Of a stretch of DNA of 59,016 bases, positions 40,997 to 51,005 are shown piece after piece. The notes beneath the pieces were generated by a model. That model saw only the letters and a program-made list of their open reading frames with translations. It searched no databases and was not told the DNA's origin. The position numbers and the translations under genes were made by a program. Numbering within the stretch: the first letter of the stretch is position 1; every line of letters begins with the position of its first letter. The stretch is from Myxococcota bacterium (GTDB lineage: Bacteria; Myxococcota_A; UBA796; CAJQPC01): positions 1-59,016 of the forward strand of contig JAZAMN010000069.1 in NCBI GenBank assembly GCA_036229005.1, in the 5' to 3' direction.

Positions 40997-43212
40997 TCCG
41001 CCTCCGAGCGAAGCAGCCGCAGCGCGTTGAACACCACCAGCAGCGACGCGCCCATGTCGGCGGCGATGGCGCCCCACAGCGAGGCGAGCCCGGCGAACGT
41101 GAGGACGACGAAGAGAGCCTTGATGGCCAGGGCGAACACCGTGTTCTGGCGAACGATCGACAGGGTGCGGCGCGAGTGCCGGACGAGCCACGCGAGCTTC
41201 GCCAGATCGTCCGTCATCAGCGCGACGTCCGCGGTCTCGACGGCGACATCGGTGCCGATCGCGCCCATCGCGACACCGATCGCTGATCGAGCAAGCGCGG
41301 GGGCATCGTTCACGCCGTCGCCGATCATCGCCACAGGGCCGTAGGTTCGCTCCAGTTCCTCGACCGCGCTGACCTTGTCCGCCGGGAGCAGCTCGGCGCG
41401 GACGTCGTCGATGCCGACCTCGGCGGCGACCGCTGCGGCGGTCCCGCGGTTGTCGCCCGTGAGCATCGCCACGCGAGCCACGCCCGCGTCGTGCAGCGCC
41501 GCGATGGAGGCCCGCGCCTCGGGCTTGATGGTGTCCGCCAGCGACAGGGTCCCGCAGACGTGGTCGTCGGTGCCGATGGCGACGACGGTCCGTCCGCGAG
41601 CGGACTCGGCCTCCAGCAGAGCGTGCAGCTCGGGGGTCTCTTGGCCTCGCTCCTCGAGCCAGCGGTGGGAACCCAGCCAGTACGCACGGCCATCGACCAC
41701 ACCCCGGGCTCCCTTGCCGGGGACTGCCTCGACGGACGAGGCCCTCAACGACCCTCCGCCCGCGGCCCGGTCCACGACGGCCCGGGCGATGGGGTGCTCG
41801 CTGTCGGCTTCGATGGCCGCGGCGACGGCGAGCAGCCGCTCCGGCGTGTGGTCGTCGAGGGCGTGGATGTCCACCAGCTCGGGCCGGCCGAGCGTCAGCG
41901 TTCCGGTCTTGTCGACGGCCACGACCGCGAGGTGGGCGGGTATCTCGAGGAAGCGCCCACCCTTCACGAGCACACCGTTCCGCGCTGCGGCAGCGAGCCC
42001 GGAGACCACCGCGACGGGGGTTGAGATGACCAGGGCGCAGGGGCAGCCGATGACCAACAGCACCAACGCTCGGTAGAACCAGGTGCCCCAGTCCGCGCCG
42101 AAGGCCAGCGGCGGGACCACGAACACGAGCGCGGCCGCGCCGAAGACCACGGGTGTGTAGATGCGAGCGAAGCGCTCGACCCAGCGCTCGCTCTCGCTGC
42201 GGTCCTTCCTCGCCTCGCCGACCATCGCCACGATGCGTGCGAGGGTGGTGTCGGTGGCCGCAGCGGTGCTGCGTACCTCGAGCACCCCGTTCCCATTGAT
42301 GGTGCCGGCGAAGACCTCGTCGCCGGGTTCCTTGGCGGCCAGCACGCTCTCGCCGGTGATCGGAGCCTGGTCGACCTCCGAGCGCCCGGTCGCGACGAGG
42401 CCGTCGAGGCCGATGCGTTCCCCGGGACGGACGACGAAGCTCGTTCCGACCGCGACCTCGGAAGGTGGCACTTCGCGGGTGGCGTCGCCCTCCTTGACGC
42501 GGACGGTGTCCGGCGCCAGCGACAGCAGGCGCTCGACGGCCTTGCGCGCCCGGCCGACGCTCCAGCTCTCGAGCGCGAGCGAGACCGCGAACAGGAACGC
42601 GACCGTGCCCGCCTCGAACCACTCGCCGATTGCGATGGCCCCGGTCACCGCCAGGGTCATCAGCAGGTTCATGTCGGGCCGGAGCGACCGCAGCGAGAAC
42701 CACGCCTTGGGAAGGACGGGCCAGAGGCCGGCCGCGACGCCCATGCCGTAGGCGACGAGGGCGGGTACAGGCACGGCGTGCTCGGCGCCGCCCATGCCCT
42801 CGTGGCCGATGGCCGCCTCGAGCCCACCCAGGACCGCGTGCAGACCGAACCCGGCCGCGACGCCCATCCCGCTCACCGTCGCGAGGATGCTGGTCCGATT
42901 GCGCTCCCAAACGGACGGGTCGGGCTCGGGGGAGTCGCCTTGCACACGGACGGCGCGCATGCCCGTCCTCCCCACCGCGGAGATCACCGCCTCCATGTCG
43001 ACATTCTCCGGCACCTCCATCACCCCGGACAGGGTGTCGAAGACCAGGGCGTCGGGGTCGACGAGGTCCTTCAGCACCCGCTTGAGCGTCCCGACCTCCT
43101 CGGCGCAGTCCATGCCGTGGACCTTGAGCGCCACCCCAGCTCCTCGGGCGACGGGGTTGGACGCCACCTGCTCCTCGCCACCGCAGCAGTGGTCGTGCTC
43201 ATTATCAGACAT
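40993..43212 (-). CDS. Heavy-metal translocating P1B-type ATPase (CadA/ZntA-like)
   Basis: GMDCAEE, ITGES, IGCPCALVISTP, DKTGTLT, GDGVNDAPAL. Confidence 0.95.
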   Translation of the reverse strand: MSDNEHDHCCGGEEQVASNPVARGAGVALKVHGMDCAEEVGTLKRVLKDLVDPDALVFDTLSGVMEVPENVDMEAVISAVGRTGMRAVRVQGDSPEPDPSVWERNRTSILATVSGMGVAAGFGLHAVLGGLEAAIGHEGMGGAEHAVPVPALVAYGMGVAAGLWPVLPKAWFSLRSLRPDMNLLMTLAVTGAIAIGEWFEAGTVAFLFAVSLALESWSVGRARKAVERLLSLAPDTVRVKEGDATREVPPSEVAVGTSFVVRPGERIGLDGLVATGRSEVDQAPITGESVLAAKEPGDEVFAGTINGNGVLEVRSTAAATDTTLARIVAMVGEARKDRSESERWVERFARIYTPVVFGAAALVFVVPPLAFGADWGTWFYRALVLLVIGCPCALVISTPVAVVSGLAAAARNGVLVKGGRFLEIPAHLAVVAVDKTGTLTLGRPELVDIHALDDHTPERLLAVAAAIEADSEHPIARAVVDRAAGGGSLRASSVEAVPGKGARGVVDGRAYWLGSHRWLEERGQETPELHALLEAESARGRTVVAIGTDDHVCGTLSLADTIKPEARASIAALHDAGVARVAMLTGDNRGTAAAVAAEVGIDDVRAELLPADKVSAVEELERTYGPVAMIGDGVNDAPALARSAIGVAMGAIGTDVAVETADVALMTDDLAKLAWLVRHSRRTLSIVRQNTVFALAIKALFVVLTFAGLASLWGAIAADMGASLLVVFNALRLLRSEAE

Positions 43213-43510
43213 CGTCGGCCTCCTCGGTCGCGTGTTGGACGGCGTCCTCGACGATGCAGCCGACGTGCTCGTCGTGGAGTCGATACACCACGGACCGCCC
43301 CTCGCGGTCGCCTACGACCAGGCGTGCGTTCCGCAGGTGCCGTAGGTGGTGCGAGAGCGCCGACTGCTCGACATCCAGCTCGGCCATCAGGGCCTTGACC
43401 TTGGCGGGGCCCTCTCGATGGAGGCGAAGGAGGACGGCCAGTCGAACCGGGTGGGCCATGCAGCTCAGCAGGTCCACTGCCCGCTCGAGGTCGACGGGGC
43501 GCGTGGTCAC
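43205..43510 (-). CDS. ArsR/SmtB-family metal-sensing repressor
   Basis: AHPVRLAVL, EQSALSHHLRHLR, REGRSVVYRLHDEHV. Confidence 0.9.
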   Translation of the reverse strand: MTTRPVDLERAVDLLSCMAHPVRLAVLLRLHREGPAKVKALMAELDVEQSALSHHLRHLRNARLVVGDREGRSVVYRLHDEHVGCIVEDAVQHATEEADDV

Positions 43511-44184
43511 GGGCGCCTCCCGGTCAACAGGAAGCCGCTGCCCTCCATGTAGGTCTCCTCTTCGACGTCCGCGAGGAGCTCCCGGAGCAGCGCCTTGCCC
43601 TCGGTCCAGCGAGCGCGAAGCCGTTCGTCGTCAAGGTCCTCGGCCGAGTCGACTCCGGAGGCCTCGAGCACCTTGTGCAACAGGGGATTGAGCAGCTTGC
43701 GCACGCCTCGCTTGGGCCGGGTGCTGTGGAAGTCGAGCAGCACCAGCCGCCCGCCGGGTCGGAGGACCGCGACCGCTCGGCGAAGCGCCGCAGGCAGGTC
43801 TTCGACGATGCCCATCGCCCAGGTGCTCACCACGGCGTCGAACGCCCCCTCCACGCCCAACTCGGCAGCGTCCCCTTGGACCAGGCGGACGTTGGTCCAT
43901 CCTGCCTCGGCCACCCGGGTTTGCGCCTTGGTCAGCATGCCGGTGGAGTAGTCGAGGCCGACCACCTCGCCCCGAGGGCCCACGGCGTCGATGAGCAGGG
44001 GCAGGTTTAGGCCGGTGCCGCAGCCGATGTCCAGGACCCGGTCGCCTGGGGACAGCTCCAGCCGGGACACCGTGGTGACGCGGAGCTCTGCGATGCCGGC
44101 GATGGGCTGGCTGAGCCAGCGGTCCCAGAAGTCGTAGGTCCGCGCCAGACGGTCGTAGTTTCGTTGGACGTCATCGAGCTTCAT
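43507..44184 (-). CDS. Class I SAM-dependent methyltransferase
   Basis: VLDIGCGTG, GLDYSTGML, LRPGGRLVLLD. Confidence 0.88.
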   Translation of the reverse strand: MKLDDVQRNYDRLARTYDFWDRWLSQPIAGIAELRVTTVSRLELSPGDRVLDIGCGTGLNLPLLIDAVGPRGEVVGLDYSTGMLTKAQTRVAEAGWTNVRLVQGDAAELGVEGAFDAVVSTWAMGIVEDLPAALRRAVAVLRPGGRLVLLDFHSTRPKRGVRKLLNPLLHKVLEASGVDSAEDLDDERLRARWTEGKALLRELLADVEEETYMEGSGFLLTGRRP

Positions 44185-44798
44185 GCCTTCTCCGCGGAGA
44201 TGAACCCGATGGGCAGGAGCCCCGGGATGAGTTGGCGCTCCCGCAGCCGCAGGTCGTCGCGCTGAACCGCGGCGGCGAGTCCGTCCAGAGAGAGCCGCCG
44301 TTGGCCGGGGAAGCCAGTGAGACCCGAGAGCCACGACAGGACACGGGTCCGAGCGCTGTGGTCGTGCAGGTAGGTCGGGATGATGAGCTTCCCGCCTGGC
44401 CTCAGCACGCCCACGAGCTTGTCGATCCCTGCGTCGAGGTCGGGGAGGAGGTGCAGCACGTTCGCCGCGACGACGGCGTCGAAGCGAGGAGGGCCCTCGA
44501 GTGTGTACAGGTCGAGTTGTCGGGTCTCGACGTTGTCCAGCTCGCCGACCGCGGCGCGGAGCTGCTTGACCATCGCCTCGGCGTAGTCGGTGGCGACGAG
44601 TCGCCCCACGACGGGAGCGATGGCGCGACTGACCAGCCCCGTTCCTGCGGCGAGCTCGAGGACGCAATCGGCGCCCTCGACCTCATCGGCGACCCGCTGC
44701 ACCATCTCGGGCATCGGGCCACCGAACAGCAGCATGAACCCGCCGTAGCGGGAAGCAGAGCGCTCCCAGTAGGACCGCGCTTCCTCAACAGCTGTCAC
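44181..44798 (-). CDS. Class I SAM-dependent methyltransferase
   Basis: [35 protein letters not shown] before GTG 44798. Confidence 0.88.
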   Translation of the reverse strand: MTAVEEARSYWERSASRYGGFMLLFGGPMPEMVQRVADEVEGADCVLELAAGTGLVSRAIAPVVGRLVATDYAEAMVKQLRAAVGELDNVETRQLDLYTLEGPPRFDAVVAANVLHLLPDLDAGIDKLVGVLRPGGKLIIPTYLHDHSARTRVLSWLSGLTGFPGQRRLSLDGLAAAVQRDDLRLRERQLIPGLLPIGFISAEKA

Positions 44799-44817
44799 CG
44801 GTACCTCCGTTGCTAAC

Positions 44818-44853
44818 ACATGATAGCATCATCATATGATGATGTCATCATGT
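44818..44853. promoter_or_regulatory. Long AT-rich palindrome, probable ArsR/SmtB operator
   Basis: ACATGATAGCATCATCAT|ATGATGATGTCATCATGT with a perfect 18-bp core (44827-44844) upstream of the MTase-MTase-arsR-ATPase run. Confidence 0.7.
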
Positions 44854-47800
44854 TTGTGTCAGCATCTCCTCGTTCCGCATCCAGCGGGCGTAGAGCGCGG
44901 GGAGCACCAGCAACGTGAGCAGCGTGCTGGTCACCAATCCGCCGATGACCACCGTCGCCAGCGGCCGCTGGACCTCGGCGCCCGCGCTGGTGGCCATCGC
45001 CATGGGCACGAAGCCGAGCGCAGCGACCAGGGCCGTCATCAGCACCGGTCGGAGGCGTCGTTCCGCACCCTGACGAGCGGCCTCCAGCGCCGAAACGCCG
45101 GGGACGTGCAGGTCGCGGATGCAGGTCACCAGGACCACGCCGTTCATGACCGCGATGCCGAAGAGCGCGATGAAGCCCACCGCCGCCGAGATCGACAGCG
45201 GGAGGCCGCGGGCGAAGAGCGCGACCAGCCCGCCGGTGACCGCCATGGGCACGTTGGCGTAGACCAGCAGCGTGACCCGCGCCGAGCGGAAGTTCGCCTG
45301 CAGCAGAACGAAGATGAGCAGCAGCACCAGCGGCACGAGGACGGCCAGGCGGGCGCTGGCCGCCTGCAGGTTCTCGAAAGACCCGCCCCAGTCCATGACG
45401 ATGCCCGAGGGCACGTCCACGTCCTGCTCGAGCCGCTCCTGGGCCTCGGCGACGAAGCCCGCGACGTCCCGCCCGCGCACGTTCATCTCGATGGTGAGCC
45501 GTCGCTGCGCGTTCTCGCGACCGATCTGGAGCGGGCCCTCGTCCGTGCTCACCGTGGCGACCTGGCCCAGGGGGACCATCGGCCCTCCCGGGCTGCCGAC
45601 CAGGATGGCCTCGATGGCGTCGGGGTCCTGTCGAACCTCCTCCGGGAAGCGGACCTGCAGGCGGAAGCGTCGCTGACCCACGAGCACGTCTCCGGACTCA
45701 CGACCGCCGAGCGCCTCCACGGCGTCGAGCACGTCGCGGGCGTCCATGCCCAGCCGCGAGATGGCCTGCCGGTCGACGTCGACCTGCAGCATCGGCAGGC
45801 CCGCGATCTTCTCGGCCTTGACGTCCTGGGCGCCCTCGATGGAACCCAGCGTGGCCACCATCTGGTCACCGACCCGCTTCAACTCGTCCAGGTCCTCGCC
45901 ATACAGGAAGAGCGCCACGTCCGAGCGCACGCCTTCGATCAGCTCGTTCACCCGCAGCTCGATGGGCTGGGAGAAGGCGAAGTTGACGCCGGGAACCCGG
46001 CTTCGGAGCTCGGCCTCCATCTCCTCGACGAGGCCCGCCTGGTCCTGGGCACGCGTCCACTCATCCTGCGGGTGGAGCATCACGTAGACGTCCGAGAAGT
46101 CCACGCCCATCGGGTCCGTCGCGATCTCGGCCCTTCCCGTCCGGGAGATGACGGTCGTCGCCTCGTCGGGGAAGGCCTCCAGGATCGCGCGCTCGACCTC
46201 GCCGGCCTGGAGAATGGACTCCTCCAGCGACACCGAGGGCGGACGGATGATCTGCAGCGCGATGGAGCCCTCGTCGAGCTTCGGCACGAAGACCGCGCCC
46301 AGCAGCGGGGCGAGGCCCAGGCTGGCCGCGAAGACGACGGCAGCGGTCACTCCGACGCGGTGCGGGTGACGCAGCGCCATGTCCAGCGCGGGCCGGTATA
46401 CGCGATGAGCCAGCCGGACGAGCCAGGTGTCCTTCTCCTCGGCCTGCTTCAGGAACACAGAGGCCAGCACCGGCATCGCCGTCAGGGCCAGGACCAGCGA
46501 GCCCGCCAGCGCGAAGACCACGGTCAACGCCATCGGGCGGAACATCTTCCCCTCGATGCCCGTCAGCGCCAGGATCGGCAGGTAGACGAGCATGATGATG
46601 CCGACCGCGAACGTCACCGGCCGAGCCACCTCGCGGCTGGCCTCGAGGATGGTGCCGTCGTCGACGGTTTCACCTTTGCGTCTTCGCTCCCCGACGACCC
46701 GGACGATGTTCTCGATCATGACGACAGAGCCGTCGACGATGAGCCCGAAGTCGATGGCGCCCAGGCTCATCAGGTTGCCGGAGAGCCCCGCCAGCAGCAT
46801 GCCGATGAAGGCGCACAACATCGACAAGGGGATGGCTACGGCCACGATGAGGCCGCCGCGCACGTTGCCGAGCATCAAGAGCAGCACGGCGATGACGAGC
46901 AGCCCGCCCTCGAGCAGGTTGGTCTCGACCGTGCGGATGGTCCGTTCGACCAGGTCCGTCCGGTTGTAGAAGACGTCGACCTCGACCCCCTCCGGGAGCG
47001 AAGGCTCGATCTCCGTCAGCGAGTCCGCGAGGTCCTCGGAGACGACGCGGGCGTTCTCGCCGAAGCCCATCATGGCGATGCCGATGACGGCTTCGCCGCG
47101 CCCGTCGCGGGTCACCGCACCCTGCCGGATGAGCGGAGCGAAGCGCACCTCGCCCAGGGCCTCGACCGTGATGGGCGTGCCCTCTTCGGTCGTCGCGACG
47201 ACGACGTCCTCGACGTCCTCCAGGCTGCCGAGCAGTGCGGTGCCGCGAACGAGCATCTGCTCCCGACCGCGCTCGAGGTAGCCGCCACCGACGGTGAGGT
47301 TGTTGTGCTCCAGCGCCTCGAAGACGTCCGCGAGGACCAGCCCGTGAGCGGCCAGGCGCGAGGGCCGGACCTCGACCTGGTAGGTGCGGAGCTCGCCGCC
47401 GAAGGCGTTGATCTCGACCACGCCCGGGACCGAGCGCAGCTGGGGCGCGATCTGCCATTCCAGGACGTCGCGCAGGTCCATCAGGCTGTGGTCGGCGCCG
47501 GGGGCGTTGCGCACCTCGAACTGGAAGACCTCTCCCAGGCCGGTGGACGGAGGCCCGATTTCGGGTTCGCCGTAGCCCTCGGGGATGGACTCACGTGCGG
47601 TGCCGAGCCGCTCGGAGACCACCTGGCGAGCCCACCACAGGTCGGTGCCCTCCTCGAAGACCACCGTCACGACGGACAGGCCGAAGCGAGACAACGAGCG
47701 CACCTCCTCGGTGCGGGGAAGGCCGGCCATCGAGGTCTCGACGGGCCAGGTCACGAAGCGCTCGACCTCGAGCGGAGACAACCCGGGCGAGTCGGTGAGG

Positions 47801-47985
47801 ATCTGCACCTGGACGTTCGTGACATCGGGTACGGCGTCGATCGGCAGCTGCTGGGCGGAGCGGAAGCCCAGGGCGGCGACGAGGAAGACGCCGATGAGCA
47901 CCAGCGCCTTGTTGCGCAGGGAGGCAGCGATGATCTTGTCGAGCAGGCTAGGCCCGCGAGGCGAGAGCAGGTCGTCAGTGCGCAT
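44848..47985 (-). CDS. czcA: Heavy-metal efflux RND permease, CzcA/CusA family
   Basis: LPIDAVPDVTNVQVQI, NLMSLGAIDFGLIVDGSVV, GAEVQRPLATVVIGG. Confidence 0.93.
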   Translation of the reverse strand: MRTDDLLSPRGPSLLDKIIAASLRNKALVLIGVFLVAALGFRSAQQLPIDAVPDVTNVQVQILTDSPGLSPLEVERFVTWPVETSMAGLPRTEEVRSLSRFGLSVVTVVFEEGTDLWWARQVVSERLGTARESIPEGYGEPEIGPPSTGLGEVFQFEVRNAPGADHSLMDLRDVLEWQIAPQLRSVPGVVEINAFGGELRTYQVEVRPSRLAAHGLVLADVFEALEHNNLTVGGGYLERGREQMLVRGTALLGSLEDVEDVVVATTEEGTPITVEALGEVRFAPLIRQGAVTRDGRGEAVIGIAMMGFGENARVVSEDLADSLTEIEPSLPEGVEVDVFYNRTDLVERTIRTVETNLLEGGLLVIAVLLLMLGNVRGGLIVAVAIPLSMLCAFIGMLLAGLSGNLMSLGAIDFGLIVDGSVVMIENIVRVVGERRRKGETVDDGTILEASREVARPVTFAVGIIMLVYLPILALTGIEGKMFRPMALTVVFALAGSLVLALTAMPVLASVFLKQAEEKDTWLVRLAHRVYRPALDMALRHPHRVGVTAAVVFAASLGLAPLLGAVFVPKLDEGSIALQIIRPPSVSLEESILQAGEVERAILEAFPDEATTVISRTGRAEIATDPMGVDFSDVYVMLHPQDEWTRAQDQAGLVEEMEAELRSRVPGVNFAFSQPIELRVNELIEGVRSDVALFLYGEDLDELKRVGDQMVATLGSIEGAQDVKAEKIAGLPMLQVDVDRQAISRLGMDARDVLDAVEALGGRESGDVLVGQRRFRLQVRFPEEVRQDPDAIEAILVGSPGGPMVPLGQVATVSTDEGPLQIGRENAQRRLTIEMNVRGRDVAGFVAEAQERLEQDVDVPSGIVMDWGGSFENLQAASARLAVLVPLVLLLIFVLLQANFRSARVTLLVYANVPMAVTGGLVALFARGLPLSISAAVGFIALFGIAVMNGVVLVTCIRDLHVPGVSALEAARQGAERRLRPVLMTALVAALGFVPMAMATSAGAEVQRPLATVVIGGLVTSTLLTLLVLPALYARWMRNEEMLTQT

Positions 47986-49144
47986 GGCCCTCTCCCAGCT
48001 CGCCCTTCTCGAGTTCGCTCTTCAGGGTGAAGGCGCCCTCGGTGACGACGCGCTCGCCCGCCTCGATCCCATCCACCACCAACGCGTGGGTCGCGGTGTT
48101 TCGGGCAACGTGGACCTCGCGGGCCTCGTACCGACCGGGCTCCTCTTCGACGAAGACCACCGCCTCGCCGTCGAGCGTCACGACGGCCTCGACCGGGAGG
48201 ACGACGCCCTCGTCGCCCTGACCGCTCAGCTCGACCACGGCCTGGGCGAACATGTTCGGCTTGAGCGCGTGGTCGGCGTTGTCGACGACGACGCGCACCT
48301 CGACGGTGCGGGCGTCGGGTTCGACCCAGTCGCCGACCTGGTCGACAGTCCCCTCAAAGGCGCGGTCCGGCCAGGCGTCCACGGTGAAGCGGACGGACTG
48401 TCCCTCGGCGACGGCGGCCAGTTGCCGCTCGTACACATCGAGCAGGAGCCAGACCTGGTCCAGATCGCCAATGTGGAAGAGCGCCTGCCCCGGCTCGACA
48501 CGCTGCCCGACCCGGACATCGGTGAAGAGCACCTTGCCTGCCAGCGGGCTGCGGACGGGGATGCGCGAGGGGAAGTGTTCGCCGGCGTGGGGGTCGCCGA
48601 TAGTGGGGTCCACCCCCAAGATGCTCAGTCGTTCCTCGGCGGCCTCCAGTGCGCCGATGGCCTCGGCGTGCTCTGCTTCGGCGTCGAGCACCTGAGAGAT
48701 GGAGGCCACGCCGTCCTCCTCGAGACGCCTCAAGCGCTCCAAGCGGGCGTCCGCTGCGTCGTCCGCCGCCTTTGCCGCTCGGAAGGCGGCGATGGCTTCG
48801 CCGAGCTCGGGGCTCTGGACCGTGCCGAGTCTCTGCCCTCGGGTCACCGAGTCGCCGGGGCGCACCAGGATTGCGTCGACCTGGCCGGGGATCCAGGCGC
48901 TGACCTGGGCCTCTCTACGGGGGTCCAGGGCGATTCGCCCCGGAAGGGAGAGCTCACCCGCGAGCGTCGAGACCGAGGCCTCTGCGATCACCAGGCGAGC
49001 GGCGGCGACCGCCTCGTCGCTGAGCTCGAACACTCGCTCGTCTCCGTGGTCGTCCCCGTGTTCGTCAGCGTGTTCGCCGTGCCCATCGTGGTCGCCGTGG
49101 TCGTCTCCGCCCAAAGCGCAGGCCAATAGGAGAAAGAGCGTCAT
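47975..49144 (-). CDS. czcB: Heavy-metal RND adaptor (CzcB-like), His-rich N-terminus
   Basis: DHGDHDGHGEH tract, VRSPLAG, LKPNMFA, C-terminal GEGHAH. Confidence 0.88.
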   Translation of the reverse strand: MTLFLLLACALGGDDHGDHDGHGEHADEHGDDHGDERVFELSDEAVAAARLVIAEASVSTLAGELSLPGRIALDPRREAQVSAWIPGQVDAILVRPGDSVTRGQRLGTVQSPELGEAIAAFRAAKAADDAADARLERLRRLEEDGVASISQVLDAEAEHAEAIGALEAAEERLSILGVDPTIGDPHAGEHFPSRIPVRSPLAGKVLFTDVRVGQRVEPGQALFHIGDLDQVWLLLDVYERQLAAVAEGQSVRFTVDAWPDRAFEGTVDQVGDWVEPDARTVEVRVVVDNADHALKPNMFAQAVVELSGQGDEGVVLPVEAVVTLDGEAVVFVEEEPGRYEAREVHVARNTATHALVVDGIEAGERVVTEGAFTLKSELEKGELGEGHAH

Positions 49145-50349
49145 CGGGCACCTCCGAGAAGGACCGGGTCTTCGGTCGCCAGCAGCAGGTCCAGACGAGC
49201 GGTCGCGACGTGCCCTTCCAGTTGAACGACCGCGGTCTCGCCGTCGAGAATCTGGGCCTGCAGTAGGACTGTCGAGGTCAGATCGATCTCGCCAGCGAGG
49301 TAGCCAGCCTCCACGCTGGCCAGAGCGGCACGAGCGGCCGCCATCGGGTATTCGCCGACCGCCAGGAGCGCAGACGTCGCGAGTTCGTCGCGCCGGGTGG
49401 CGGTCGTGACCTCCATTGTCGCGACCGCCTGCGTCTCCACGAGGCGAGACTCGGCGACCTGCAGGTCGCCGAGCGCTCCGGCTCGACCTGCCTGGTTGCG
49501 ATCGCGGACTGGCAGCTCCACGGTCAGGGAGGGCCCGACCAGGGTGGCGCCGTCCTGGCTCTCTGCGACCACGCCGACCAACAACGGGGACACCGCGGCG
49601 GCCCGCTGAGCAGCGATCTCGCGCTCGGCTGCCAACAGCGCGGACTGTGCTGCGAGCACGTCACTGCGCTCTCCCGCGTGGGAGGGAGTCGGCGCAATCA
49701 GGGCGAGGTCCAACAGCAGGCTCCGCGACTCGACGGGCCGGGTGACGATCGCGGCAAGGGCGACCAGCGCGTCGGCCTCGCCCTCAAGGGCGTCGAGCAG
49801 ACGGGCGGCGGCCTGGGCCTGGGCCAGCCGAGCGAGGTTGAGGTCCAGGGTGGACGCCTCGCCCTCCTCATGCAGACGAACCACCGCGGCGTGGAGCCGA
49901 GTCGCCAGAGCAAGGCCCTCGTCGGCGACCTGGGACACACGCGTCGCGACCACGGCCTCGGTGTACGCAGTGCGCACCCCGTGCGCGACCTCGAAGCGCG
50001 TGCGATGCAGCATCGCCTCGGCCTCGTCGACACGGGCGGATGCGGCGTGGCGTGCGTGGACACCGGCGCCGGTCGGGGACACGGGCTGGCTGAGTTGGAG
50101 CTCGGCCGGCCCGTCCATCAGAAGCGAGCCGGAGAGCGAGGGGTTGGCGCCGAGGGCCTGGGCCAGCTCGCCCTCGGCGAGCAGCAGGGCCGCTTCGGCG
50201 GCGAGGACATCGGGGTTGGAGGAGAGGGCGGACGCGACGGCGTCATCGGGGACGAGGGGCACGACCGGTTCCCCGGGCTCGGCCCAGGAAGGGGCGGAGA
50301 CCAGGAAGACCAGTACGAGCCCCCAGCCCAAGCGGGTTGGGGAGAGCAT
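49141..50349 (-). CDS. czcC: TolC-family outer-membrane protein (CzcC-like)
   Basis: Signal peptide, ALSSNPDV, LPVRDRNQ; position before czcBA. Confidence 0.78.
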   Translation of the reverse strand: MLSPTRLGWGLVLVFLVSAPSWAEPGEPVVPLVPDDAVASALSSNPDVLAAEAALLLAEGELAQALGANPSLSGSLLMDGPAELQLSQPVSPTGAGVHARHAASARVDEAEAMLHRTRFEVAHGVRTAYTEAVVATRVSQVADEGLALATRLHAAVVRLHEEGEASTLDLNLARLAQAQAAARLLDALEGEADALVALAAIVTRPVESRSLLLDLALIAPTPSHAGERSDVLAAQSALLAAEREIAAQRAAAVSPLLVGVVAESQDGATLVGPSLTVELPVRDRNQAGRAGALGDLQVAESRLVETQAVATMEVTTATRRDELATSALLAVGEYPMAAARAALASVEAGYLAGEIDLTSTVLLQAQILDGETAVVQLEGHVATARLDLLLATEDPVLLGGAR

Positions 50350-50420
50350 TTGAGCGACTCACGACAGGAGGGGCCGAGGCGCGCACGTGTGCGCCTCAGC
50401 GAGGAGCTGCGATGTCGTGG

Positions 50421-50777
50421 TCAGGCGACGGGAGGGCGTGTCGGCGGCGGGATGGCCAAGCTGGTCGGGTCGCCCTGCTCGAAGCTTGACTGGGTCTCGT
50501 CAAACAACAGCCCAATTGGGGGTTCAGGGACCTCCAGCTCATTCAGCAAGGCCTGCATGGAGACATGGCAAGCACACAGGTGCTGCATCGGCGTGCAGCC
50601 GTGCTCGTCCGTGTCGGCGTGCTCGTCCTCAGCGGCCTCGTCGTGTTGCGCGCTGTGGGCGAGGTGGCCATCATGGAGCAAGTGCTCGACGTTCTCCAGC
50701 AGCTCGGTCCACCCGGGGAGGATGGATACACCAACAAGGACCACCAGTAGGCGGCAATTCAGCAGGCGCCGGATCAC
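50421..50777 (-). CDS. Small His/Cys-rich exported protein (CzcI-like position)
   Basis: GGAGG RBS, hydrophobic N-terminus, HDGHLAH..EHGC..HLCACH, C-terminal PPTRPP. Confidence 0.55.
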   Translation of the reverse strand: MIRRLLNCRLLVVLVGVSILPGWTELLENVEHLLHDGHLAHSAQHDEAAEDEHADTDEHGCTPMQHLCACHVSMQALLNELEVPEPPIGLLFDETQSSFEQGDPTSLAIPPPTRPPVA

Positions 50778-50837
50778 GCCTCCAAGATAGCCCCTCGGTT
50801 CGTTTCTTGCTCGAAAAAACGGAGTTACGCTACCCCC

Positions 50838-51002
50838 TTGCGCTACGTCCCGCCACTGTTTCGACCGCCTTCGGAAGCGAGGTCGCTGATCCTTCAATCG
50901 ACCCTTGGCTGTAGCTGGAATCGCTGCACCTACTGACGTAATATCAGTAATTCCAGACTCTTGTGACATCGATGTACACGCACATCGACATTTTGTACAC
51001 GC
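50838..51002 (+). repeat. Junction J3: radical-SAM 5' fragment (TTG start, TGA at last Cys codon) and paired arm-like repeats
   Basis: Manual translation (M)RYVPPLFRPPSEARSLILQSTLGCSWNRCTY* 50838-50936; TGTACACGC at 50973 and 50994; absent from the ORF track. Confidence 0.85.
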
Positions 51003-51005
51003 AGC

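Larger units (their letters stand above)
40058..50924. mobile_element. Module B (10867 bp) between J2 and J3: heavy-metal resistance cassette, no integrase
   Basis: Bounded by homologous junctions; all genes on the minus strand. Confidence 0.6.
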
